NCBI RefSeq assembly: GCF_006345805.1
Contig: NW_021825171.1
Coordinates: forward strand, 1 to 16,546
Length of the DNA: 16,546 nucleotides
Source of the DNA: Octopus sinensis
Taxonomy: Eukaryota
Direction of reading: 5' to 3'
The position numbers were made by a program, and so were the translations under genes. Shown here piece after piece: positions 1 to 8,800 of this stretch. The stretch's first letter is position 1; each line of letters starts with the position of its first letter. The notes beneath the pieces were generated by a model. That model saw only the letters and a program-made list of their open reading frames with translations. It was not told the DNA's origin and ran no database searches.

Positions 1-292
1 TACATGTATATATATATATATATATATACATGTATATATATATATATTATATATATATATATATATCTATATATATATATATATGTAATATATATATATA
101 TATATATATATACATCTATATATATATATATTATATATATATATATACATCTATATATATATATATATACATGTATATATATATATATATATATACATGT
201 ATATATATATATGTATATACATATGTGTGTGTGTGTTTATGTATATACGCACACATATATGATATATACAACACACTCCCACACACACACAC
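1..292. repeat. Degenerate (TA)n microsatellite grading into (TG)n/(CA)n
   Basis: Directly visible dinucleotide repeats with TACA/TGTA interruptions. Confidence 0.95.
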
Positions 293-379
293 GTGCATTT
301 GATTTGTCCTTATTTCCTTCTGTTTATAAAGAATCCACTGTCTCCATTTTCAAACCATCAACACATCTCTTCCTATTTT

Positions 380-773
380 CCACTCCTCTCCCCTCCCATC
401 CTTCCTTCCTCCTTTCCTTCCTTCCTTCTTTCTTTCCTTCTTTCTTTCCTTCCTCCCTTCCATCCTTCCTTCCTTCTTTCCATCCTTCCTCCCTTCCTTC
501 CTTCCTTCCTTCCTTCCTTCCCCCTCCCTTCGTCCCTCCCTCCCTCCCTCCCATCCTTCCTCCCTCTCTTCCGTCCTTCTTTCCTTCCTTCTTTCCTTCC
601 TTCCTTCCTTCCCCCCTCCCTCCCCTCCCTCCCTCCTTTCCTTCCTTCTTTTCTTCCATCCTTCCTCCCTCCCTCCCTCCTTTCCTTCCCTCCTTCCTTC
701 CTTCCTTCCTCCTTCCTCCTTCCTCCTTCCTTCCTTCCTTCTAATTACTGCCTTCTGTTTTAAGACAAGGAAT

Positions 774-804
<31 letters not shown>

Positions 805-1200
805 CCCTCTCTCTTTCACACTCCCTCTCTCTCTTATTTTCACACACACTCTCTCTGTCCCCCTCTCCCCTTCTTCCCTCTCTCAATCTTCCTCTCACAC
901 CACACTCTCTCTCTCTCACTCTCTGCCTTTCTCCCTCCCCCTCCCCCTCCCCCTCTATCTCTCATTTTACACATCACTAAGTCTGTCTTTTCCTTTTTTC
1001 TTCCCCACCCCTCCTCCTCATCCTCCTCCTCCTCCACTTTCATTTGTACTTTTCTTTGTTTTTTTTTGTTTTTAAGCTGTTGTCCTTCTCTTTGCAAAAT
1101 GACCTCAAACACCTCCTTGACCCCCCTCCCATTCTCCTCCCACCTCTATGTCCCGACCCCCTCACCCACCTCATCACCCCCTCCCACCTCACTGTCTCTT
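380..1200. repeat. Long polypyrimidine low-complexity tract: (CCTT)n/(CCCT)n, (CT)n, (CCT)n
   Basis: Near-pure C/T from about 380-741 and 772-1040. Confidence 0.93.
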
Positions 1201-1449
1201 TTGTTTTTTCTGCAAACTTTGGACTCTTATAATTCTGTTGTTGTTATTGTTTATTTCTCAACTTCAATTTCTGTTTGTTTTGGTTTGTTGTTTCTTGTTT
1301 CGTTTTTATATATATTAATCTTGTTTTTTTTTCCCTCTGCCCCCCTTCTTTTCCTTTCACCCCCCCCCCCCCCCCCCCGGGCAATCAATTATCACTTATC
1401 TCTCCTCATATCATTGTTATTATTGTTATTATCCATATTTACAATCTGA

Positions 1450-1655
1450 AAGGCTGCAGCGTGCTGGCAGAATCATTAGCACACTGGGCAAAATGCTTAG
1501 CAGTATATCACCCATTGCTACGATCTGAGTTCAAATTCTGCCAAGGTCGACTTTGTCTTTTATCCTTTCGGGGCCAATAAAATAAGTACTGGTGTTGAAT
1601 ATAATTAACTTACACCTACCTTGAAATTACTGGCCTTGTGCCAAAATTTGAAACC
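1450..1655 (+). mobile_element. tRNA-derived SINE family B (Nin-domain-like) copy
   Basis: Head gctggcagaatc.ttagc, B-box-like gagttcaaattc, central gtcgactttg..tttcatcctttcggg..ataaaataagtac. Homologous to copies at 2186, 6878 and 10784. The family label is recalled. Confidence 0.85.
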
Positions 1656-1679
1656 ATCATTATCATTATTTAATTATTA

Positions 1680-1856
1680 ACCTTTCGTAACGCCTGCCCC
1701 TTTTGGGAGATTTTCATTGTTATAATCTTTCGTTGTTAAACTGTTTTTTACTCAATTTCACAAACGGACAAAACCCTTTGTAACCTTTTGTCCTGTTTTT
1801 GTCCCTTTATGTGATCATCAATTTTTGTCAGCCCTTGTGGCCAATAAAAGAACTAA
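1680..1856 (+). mobile_element. Probable 3' UTR remnant of an L1/Tx1-like LINE
   Basis: Ends gcccttgtggccaataaaagaa followed by an ATT-rich tail, like the terminus of the Tx1-like fragment near 5648-5670. Both contain aaaaccctttgta. Confidence 0.6.
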
Positions 1857-1873
1857 TTATTATTAATATTATT

Positions 1874-2014
1874 AAGGTGGCAAGCTGGCAGAATCGTTAG
1901 CACACTGGGCAAAATGCTTGGCAGTATTTTATCTGTTTTCACATTTTAATCCGTTTGTCTGTCCTTGTTCGTCCCCTCTGTGTTTAGCTCTTTGTGGGTA
2001 GTAAAGAAATAGGT
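1874..2014 (+). mobile_element. SINE family B, internally deleted copy
   Basis: Same head as the 1450 and 2186 copies, joined directly to the gtttgtctgtccttgtt..tgtgggtagtaaagaaat tail. Confidence 0.8.
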
Positions 2015-2073
2015 TTAAAAGTAGTATCAATCATTATGCTGAGATCCTTTTCTTCAGTGACCCTAAACCATCG

Positions 2074-2137
2074 ACTGGGGTTGATGTAATTGACTAGTCC
2101 CCTTTTCCAAAATTTTAGGCCTTAAATAGAAAAGATT
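2074..2137 (+). mobile_element. SINE family B 3' fragment
   Basis: ctggggttgatgtaattgact...aaaattttaggcctt..agaaaagattatt matches the 3' half of family B. Confidence 0.6.
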
Positions 2138-2185
2138 ATTATTATTAGTATTAGTATTAGTATCATCATCACCATCGTCATTATT

Positions 2186-2405
2186 AAGGCAGCGAGCTGG
2201 CAGAATCGTTAGTACGCCGGGCAAAATGCTTGGCAGCATTTTGTTCATCTTTACGTTCTGGGTTCAAATTCCGCCAAGGTCAACTTTGCCCTTCATCCTT
2301 TTGGGGGTCAATAAAATAAGTACCAGTTGAACACTGGGGGTCAATGTTAATTGACTTATTCTCTCCCCACCAAAATTGCTGCCTTTGTCGCAAAATTTGA
2401 AACCA
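2186..2405 (+). mobile_element. SINE family B, full-length copy followed by (CAT/CAC)n; a head-only fragment lies at about 2528-2570
   Basis: aaggcagcgagctggcagaatcgttag...gggttcaaattccgcc...aataagtaccagttg..ctgggg...aaaatttgaaacc. Confidence 0.88.
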
Positions 2406-2965
2406 TCATCATCATCACCACCAGCACCATCACCCCCACCAACATCATCATCATTGACATCATCGCCAATATCATCATCATCACCATCACCACCATCATC
2501 ATCATCATCATCACCGTCATCATTATTAAATCGGTGAGCTGGCAGAATCCTTGGCATGTCAGGCAGAATGTTTTATTTGAGGTTTCTGATCCGCTTCTTG
2601 ATACCGGATCCGAATAAATGTTTGCAAAAACATTCATAAAACATGATTGTATCATAATATGTTGGTTTTTGGACAAGTCATATATTTCAACCCTTCTCTT
2701 GTGCGTCTCTTGTCTTTCTCTGTCTGTCTGCTAAGATGGCTATCTCTGTTATCTGTCGGACTGTCTGTGTATGTATACACTTGTATGTATGTATACATTT
2801 ATATTAGTATATATATATATCTTTGTGTGTGTGTGTGTGTGTATGTATATATATATGTAAATATATATATATGAGATTAATGAGCATGCATGTAGATATA
2901 TTTTGTGTGTGTGTGTATAAACATATAAACACATACACACACACACACATATATATATATACATA

Positions 2966-3403
2966 TATACGACGGGATTCCTTCAGTTTCCGTCTACCAA
3001 ATCCACTCACAAGGCCCGGGGCTATAGCAGAAGACACTTGCCCAAGATGCCACGCAGTGGGACTGAACCCGGAACCATGTGGTTGGTAAACAAGCTACTT
3101 ACCACACAGCCACTCCTACGCCTATATAATATATATACGACAGGCTTCTTTCAGTTTCCGTCTACCAAATCCACTCACAAGGCTTTGGTCGGCCCGAGGC
3201 TATAGTAGAAGACACTTGCCCAAGGTGCCATGCAGTGGGACTGAACCCGGAACCATCTGGTTGGTAAGCAAGCTACTTACCACACAGCCACTCCTGCACC
3301 TATATATGTACATATATACGACGGGCTTCTTTCAGTTTCCGTCTACCAAATCCACTCACAAGGCTTTGGTCGACCCGAGGTTGTAGTAGAAGACACTTGC
3401 CCA
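2966..3403 (-). mobile_element. Three tandem 5' modules of tRNA-derived SINE family A (2966-3123, 3133-3301, partial 3315-3403)
   Basis: Reverse complements of ggc.caggagtggctgtgtggtaagtagcttg...gggttcagtcccactgcgtggcaccttgggcaagtgtcttc...gaagcccgtcgtata, with A/B-box-like motifs, separated by short (TA)n. Confidence 0.92.
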
Positions 3404-3419
3404 AATATAGATAATGTAA

Positions 3420-3520
3420 GCGCGTGGCTTAGTGGTTAGAGCATTCGGCTCACGATTGTAAGGTCGTGAGTTCGGTTCCCAGCGATGTGTTGTGTCCTTG
3501 AGCAAGACACTTTATTTCAT
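3420..3520 (+). mobile_element. tRNA-derived SINE head with CORE-like segment (family C)
   Basis: A box tggcttagtggt and B box gagttcggttcc, then gtgttgtgtccttgagcaagacacttt, which resembles the CORE-SINE core. There is no tRNA acceptor-stem 3' half. Confidence 0.75.
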
Positions 3521-3666
3521 TGCTATTATGTTGAACTGTTATATGTCCAAATTTGGCCAAATGCGTTTCTTTCAATATTTATTTTTGCTTGCAATAGCTG
3601 GTTCTTTTGGTCAAACTATCGTATGTCCAGCTGCTTCAGATGCCAAGATATCAAAAGGTGTCGATT

Positions 3667-3975
3667 GGCACGGGAGTGGCTGTGTGGTAAGTAGCTTGCT
3701 TACCAACCACATGGCTCCGGGTTCAGTCCCACTGCGTGGCACCTTGGGCAAGTGTCTTCTACTATAGCCTCGGGCCGACCAATGCCTTGTGAGTGGATTT
3801 GTTAGATGGAAACTGAAAGAAGCCCGTCGTATATATATATATATACACAAATGAGAGAGAATCCACTATGTGGACGCTCTAATGCTAAAGATAGATCCAC
3901 AAGGGTCTCAACCACTAAGAATGTTCTCGAGAAGAATTTAGCACACTATGAACGAGAAATATATATATATATATA

Positions 3976-4037
<62 letters not shown>

Positions 4038-4316
4038 TGTTTCACCTCAGAGCTGCGGCCATGGTTTCGACCGGGGTCTGGGAAACCAGGAGGTTGCACC
4101 AGGCCCCATGTGTGTGTATGGGTTTGTCCCCCCCAGCATCGCTTGACAACTGATGCTGGTGTGTTTACGTCCCCTGTAACTTAGCAGTTTGGCAAAAGAG
4201 ACCGATAGAATAAGTACTAGGCTTACAAAAAATAAGTTCTAGAGTTGATTTGCTCGACTAAAGGCTGTGCTTCAGCATGGCCGCAGTCAAATGACTGAAA
4301 CAAGTAAAAGAGTAAA
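3667..4316 (+). mobile_element. SINE family A copy (head 3667-3832, tail 4122-4316) with an internal microsatellite spacer expanded by insertions
   Basis: Head and tail each align to the intact copy at 14368-14795. The spacer holds a unique 110-nt piece, (TA)n and reverse-strand tail fragments. Confidence 0.85.
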
Positions 4317-4494
4317 GTGTAGTACAATGGTTTTGCTATGCAATGGTGAAACCATTTTTTCGTTTTCTGAAAAAGCAACATTTTGAACTTATAACACTTT
4401 TGCATAATAGCAACGATTTATATTTGGAAAATTTCAGGCTTGTGCCTATAAGTAGAAAGGATTATTAATGTTTCCCTTTTTTTTTTCTTTGCAG

Positions 4495-4589
4495 ACCATG
4501 CAGGCCACGCTCATAAAATAGTACAAACCCTTGACCTTTCCCGATGGTATGGTATTGTCATAGTTGCAGGAGATGGGCTGATATTTGAG
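4495..4589 (+). CDS. SPHK: Sphingosine kinase-like gene, internal coding exon A (95 nt, phase 1 to 0)
   Basis: Polypyrimidine tract then ttgcAG acceptor (4493-4494) and GAG|GTAAGC donor. Translates (x)HAGHAHKIVQTLDLSRWYGIVIVAGDGLIFE, matching the sphingosine kinase 'HA.....L..W..IV..SGDGL..E' ATP-binding region. Missed by the ORF track. Confidence 0.93.
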
Positions 4590-4649
4590 GTAAGCTACAT
4601 TTTATTCGTTAACTTGGGTAGATCTGCATCTCGTTAAATAATAGTCAAA

Positions 4650-4738
4650 TTGTTTAAAGCTCAGGTCAGTCTTAATTGAGCAAACCTGTGATCAAAGATG
4701 TTCCATCTGTGACCATCCTACCTTTTATTCAGACATAG
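4650..4738 (-). mobile_element. Retroposon 3'-tail fragment (family D)
   Basis: Diverged copy of the unit repeated at 10973-11350 (caggtcagtc..gatcaaaga.gttccatctgtgaccatcc..ttttattcag.catag). Confidence 0.7.
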
Positions 4739-4750
4739 AAACCTGCTGTG

Positions 4751-4950
4751 CCTATTGGGTCAAGTATCTTGACCTATTGAGTCAAGTACCTTGACCTATT
4801 GAGTCAAGTACATCAAAAATCAAATGGAAATTGTAGTTGTGATACTTGTGATGGTGGCATCTAAAAAGCACCATCCGAACGTGGCTGATGCCAGCGCCTC
4901 CTTGGCTGGCTCTATGCCGGTGGCACATAAAAATTACCAACCAATCGTGG
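4751..4950 (+). mobile_element. RTE-type 3' UTR fragment starting with a 22-bp tandem repeat (about 3 copies)
   Basis: cctattgagtcaagtaccttga at 4751, 4773 and 4795, then ggtggca..taaaaagcaccatccga and gccggtggcacataaaaa modules shared with 7240-7430 and the RTE 3' UTR at 15700-15950. Confidence 0.7.
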
Positions 4951-5668
4951 GTTTATGTCGAACACCTGCTGTCACATGTAGAACGGATCCAGCTTATCAG
5001 TTGAATCCATAGTGAAGATTGCCCAGCCACCCTCCTTTGGCCAGGACGGGCAGGCAATTTTTATTTGTCTGGTGGCTGTAGCAAAAAAGAGGTAGTGTGG
5101 TGGACCCATTGCATGTAGGGCTGATCCAGCTATCAGCTGAATCCATAGTGAAGATTGCCCTACCGACCTCCTTTGGCCAGGAAGGGAAGTCAATTTCCAT
5201 TTGTCCGGTGGTTGTAGCAAAAAAAGTAGTATGGTGGCCCTGTTTGAAAGGGCTAAAGACAGACCCTTTCCTGTTTGGCCAAGGCCTCATCAACTTTTTC
5301 AAGTTCCACTTGAAAAGGAAATTTGAGGGCAGAGAGGAAAGTGCTGTCTTCTAGCAAATTCGTTAACACGGAAAATGGCCAGTATGGATGGACCAATTCT
5401 GAGATTCCACCTGTAAAAAGCAAAAAAGGTATAAAAGGAGAAAGGGCTCTTACCCTGTTGATCAGGCACCCATGGCTTTTATGGGTTTTTCCATGAGTAA
5501 TCTTTAAAGCGCCTCCCCTTGTTGGGAGTTTTTACTTGTTACATTGTTATTTTTGTTATCAAATGTTTACATGGACCTGTTTGTTTTTTTTGCAAAACCC
5601 TTTGTATATCGTCTTGTGTTGTCATTTAATGTTTTGATTTATATTAGTCCTTGTGGCCAATAAAAAGA

Positions 5669-5672
<4 letters not shown>
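4948..5672 (+). mobile_element. 5'-truncated, degenerate L1/Tx1-like non-LTR retrotransposon (ORF2 C-terminus and 3' UTR)
   Basis: Frame-broken peptide WVYVEHLLSHVERIQL/SAESIVKIA...VVAKKVVWW..LKGLKTD.FL.GQGLINFFKFHLKRK resembles a Tx1/L1 ORF2 end. A T-rich UTR ends ccttgtggccAATAAAaagaa followed by (ATT)n. Clade assigned by recalled similarity. Confidence 0.65.
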
Positions 5673-5715
<43 letters not shown>

Positions 5716-5860
5716 TTAATTTTTTCAAACATTATGGCTTGAAGTAGCAGCTGTAGTAACAATAGTAACAGTAATAGTACTGGTGATGGTGGGGATAGTG
5801 GTGGTGGTGGTGGTGGTGGTGGTGGTGGTGGTAGTAGTGATGGTGGTGGTGGTGGTAATA
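5670..5860. repeat. (ATT)n, (GTA)n-like and (GGT)n microsatellites
   Basis: Directly visible. Confidence 0.9.
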
Positions 5861-6047
5861 ACCTTGATGATTCCCATTGTTCTCTCAGCATGGTGAGTCA
5901 TGGGTGGAATCACAAGTTATTATATATGTTTCAAGTTTGTGAAGAAGTGTGTTTGTTTACCAGATTTTGTGGTTATTTTCTGGCAAATTGACAAACAGGC
6001 TTCCATCCCAAGATACACTTAGCCCATTTGTTTTAGTGCTCTTGGAC

Positions 6048-6090
<43 letters not shown>

Positions 6091-6128
6091 ATAAAATATA
6101 TACATACATACATATATATATAAATATA

Positions 6129-6512
6129 TTTTACTTGTTTCAGTCATTTGACTGCGGCCATGCTGGAGCACCGCCTTTAGTCGAGCAACTCGACCCCGGG
6201 ACTTATTCTTTGTAAGCCCAGTACTTATTCTATCGGTCTCTTTTGCCGAACCGCTAAGTGACAGGGACGTAAACACACCAGCATCGGTTGTCAAGCGATG
6301 TTGGGAGGACAAACACAGACATACAAACATACACGCACACACATATATATATATACGACGGGCTTCTTTCAGTTTCTGTCTACCAAATCCACTCACAAGG
6401 CTTTGGTAGGCCCGAGGCTTTGGTCGGCACTTGCCCATGGTGCCACGCAGTGGGACTGAACCCGGAACCATGTGGTTGGTAAACAAGCTACTTACCACAC
6501 AGCCACTCCCGC
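6129..6512 (-). mobile_element. SINE family A, near full-length copy
   Basis: Reverse complement of 14368-14795 (head, internal TA/CA spacer, tail ending gtcaaatgactgaaacaagtaaaa) with a small internal rearrangement near 6410-6430. Confidence 0.92.
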
Positions 6513-6544
6513 TATATTAATTTTATTTATATTTTTTGTTATTT

Positions 6545-6706
6545 ATGTATTAGTTTATGTCTATCACTGTTTGAGTTGCCTAATAGTGGTTTTTTCTCTA
6601 ATTTAATTTATATTTATACTGTGAAATTTGACTTAATCCTAAATCTAATTTTTCCCTGTAAGTTTGGATATAATCCCTAATATTATTATTATTATTATTA
6701 TTATTA
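6545..6706. repeat. AT-rich interspersed repeat ending aatttttccctgtaagtttg..ccctaatatt(ATT)n; second copy at about 7150-7239
   Basis: Two diverged copies in the window share the terminal 40 nt. Class unresolved, possibly a Penelope-like terminal remnant. Confidence 0.55.
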
Positions 6707-6877
6707 TGTATATATATATATATATATAGGTTTAAGAGACAGAATCACCCTCAAGCAACTTAATCATCGTTGAATGAGATTATCCTCGATAGGTACATAT
6801 AGGATTAAATATTAAAAATTATTGAAATTAATATCTGCAATTCTTATTCTAAATCATATACATTACATTATATAATG

Positions 6878-7059
6878 TAGTGGTATTTCAACTGTCTTTA
6901 CATTCTGAGTTCAAATTCCGCCGAGGTCGACTTTACCTTTCATCCTTTTGGGGTTTGATTCAATGAGTACCAGTTGCATACTGGGGTCGATGTAATCGAT
7001 TTAATCCCTTTGTCTGTCCTTGTTTGTCCCCTAGATGTTTAGCCCCCTGTGGGCAGTAA

Positions 7060-7065
<6 letters not shown>
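6878..7065 (+). mobile_element. SINE family B, 5'-truncated copy
   Basis: ttctgagttcaaattccgccgaggtcgacttt...gagtaccagttgcatactggggtcgatgtaatcga...gccccctgtgggcagtaaagaaat. Confidence 0.87.
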
Positions 7066-7097
<32 letters not shown>

Positions 7098-7239
7098 AAA
7101 ATTAGAAAAAACCCCACCTTTTATCAATTCAATAATAAAAAAATTTAATTATACCATATAGAATTTAGTATTTCTAAATTGAATTTTTCCCTGTAAGTTT
7201 GAAATTATATTCCCTAATATTATTATTATTATTATTATT

Positions 7240-7602
7240 GGTCTCCGTGCTGGTGGCACGTAAAATGCACCAATCCGATGGGGGCTGTTTGCCAGCCTCA
7301 CCTGGCACGTAAAAAGCACCATCCGATCGTGGCCGTTTGCCAGCCTCACCTGGCACGTAAAAAGCACCATCCGATCGTGGCCGTTTGCCAGCCTCGTCTG
7401 GCACCTGTGCCAGTGGCACGTAAAAAGCACCCACTACACTCATGGAGTGGTTGGCGTTAGGAAGGGCATCCAGCTGTAGAAACTCTGCCAGATCAGACTG
7501 GGCCTGGTGCAGCCTTCTGGCTTCCTAGACCCCAGTTGAACCGTCCAACCCATGCTAGCATGGAAAGCGGATGTTAAACGATGATGATGATGGTGATGAT
7601 GA
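7240..7602 (+). mobile_element. RTE LINE 3' UTR/tail fragment with a 48-bp internal tandem repeat and (GAT)n tail
   Basis: ggcacgtaaaaagcaccatccgatcgtggccgtttgccagcctcacct units at 7255, 7304 and 7352, then ggagtggttggcgttaggaaggg as at the end of the RTE copy (15960-15980). Ends aaacgatgatgatg. Confidence 0.85.
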
Positions 7603-7740
7603 TTATTATTATTATTATTGAGTGAGAGAGCAGTTCATGCCTATTATTATTATTATTATTATTATTACATATATATATTATATTATGTACGTATGTATGT
7701 ATGCCTCAATTGAATAAAAGTTGTTATTTTTCTATTCCAG

Positions 7741-7856
7741 GTTATCAATGGACTGATGTCCCGCCCAGACTGGGATCAAGCCCTCAAAATCCCAATTGGC
7801 TGTATCCCTGGGGGTTCGGGCAATGCCTTGTGTTGCTCCATCAATTACTCTGCAGG
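7741..7856 (+). CDS. SPHK: Sphingosine kinase-like gene, internal coding exon B (116 nt, phase 0 to 2)
   Basis: ttttctattccAG acceptor and GG|GTAACG donor. Translates [38 protein letters not shown](G), in frame with exon A (E|VING) and containing the DAGK/SPHK 'P.GSGNAL' motif. Confidence 0.95.
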
Positions 7857-8052
7857 GTAACGTATTCTCATGTCTTTCTTCATTCTTCCAACTTCATCTA
7901 TAACACCCAACACTTCTAATACTGCCATCAATTTCGGATATTCGAATCCTTTCGTTATAATGTTTCTGGTGAAATCCACTGCCTTTATTTTAGTTAACTT
8001 AATAATATGAAATTTGTTGTTGTTGTTGTTGTTTCATCCTTCAGAAAAAAAC

Positions 8053-8116
8053 AGTTGTTTGTTCCTTCTCGAGCCACGCCTGGCTCATAAGGGTCAGTTT
8101 CCCACCTGAACGGGAC
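8053..8116 (-). mobile_element. SINE 3'-tail fragment ending in (AAC)-type repeats
   Basis: Reverse complement reads ...gggaaactgacccttatgagccaggcgtggctcgagaaggaacaaacaac, a retroposon-like terminus. Single copy here, identified from recall. Confidence 0.45.
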
Positions 8117-8270
8117 GTGGTTGGCGTTAGGAAGGGCATCCAGCTGTAGAAACACCGCCAGATCTGACTGGAGCCTGGTGCAGCCTTCTGGCTTCCCAGA
8201 CCCCAGTTGAACCGTCCAACCCATGCCAGCATGGAAAGCGGACGCTAAATGATGATGATGAAGATGATGA
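8117..8270 (+). mobile_element. RTE-type 3' terminal fragment with (GAT)n tail
   Basis: Close match to 7448-7595. Confidence 0.88.
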
Positions 8271-8279
8271 ACTTTATCC

Positions 8280-8413
8280 TTATTCAGATGGTGTTTGGAA
8301 CATAAATTAACAGGAAATTTTGATTAAAAGTTTTAATTTAGATCAATTTAACCCTTTTTGTTATATCATAGAATTAGGGTTAGTCTCAAGCGGGTTGGTA
8401 TCAAAAGGGTAAA
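8280..8413. mobile_element. Possible MITE/DNA transposon remnant with TTAA-CCCTTT-type termini
   Basis: ttaaccctttttg at 8348 and the inverted caaaagggtaaa at 8402-8413. TTAA|CCC ends are typical of piggyBac-like elements, but the match is short and imperfect. Confidence 0.4.
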
Positions 8414-8535
8414 CCTCAGGCCTAGGCCAATTCTCTGTCCCACCCACCCACCAGCTCAGTTAACCCTTCTTTTCCTCCTCCCCCAACACAACCTTCAGTT
8501 CATCTCAACTCTTGTCTTTTTTTCTTTCCCAACAG

Positions 8536-8759
8536 TGAACCAATTTTAGAGAACATGGTTCTTCACTCGACATTCATCCTAATCAAACACCAAGTACTTC
8601 CTCTAGATCTGGTGGCCATCCAGACTGTAAACCAATCCATATACTCCTTCTTATCGGTTACCTGGGGTTTCATTGCAGACATTGACTATGAGAGTGAAAA
8701 ATACAGGAAAAGCCTTGGTTCAAAGAGATTTCTCTTTCTCCTAGCACAACGGCTTATTG
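8536..8759 (+). CDS. SPHK: Sphingosine kinase-like gene, internal coding exon C (224 nt, phase 2 to 1)
   Basis: tttctttcccaacAG acceptor and G|GTAGGT donor (an alternative GT lies at 8764). Translates (G)EPILENMVLHSTFILIKHQVLPLDLVAIQTVNQSIYSFLSVTWGFIADIDYESEKYRKSLGSKRFLFLLAQRLI, with the SPHK sphingosine-binding 'WGF.AD.D.ESEKYR' motif. Phase matches exon B. Confidence 0.93.
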
Positions 8760-8769
8760 GTAGGTACAA

Positions 8770-8800
<31 letters not shown>

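Noticed and set aside
4-1449. ORFs rich in YI, PSFL and EGRK
   Set aside because: Read-through of (TA)n and (CCTT)n microsatellites.
3420-3495. Possible tRNA gene
   Set aside because: It has A/B boxes but no complete cloverleaf or acceptor stem, and it runs into a CORE-like SINE segment.
3599-3657. Possible extra exon (caatAG ... aaaag|GTgtc; AGSFGQTIVCPAASDAKISK)
   Set aside because: Weak donor, and no resemblance to the expected upstream SPHK 'NP.SG.G.A' region.
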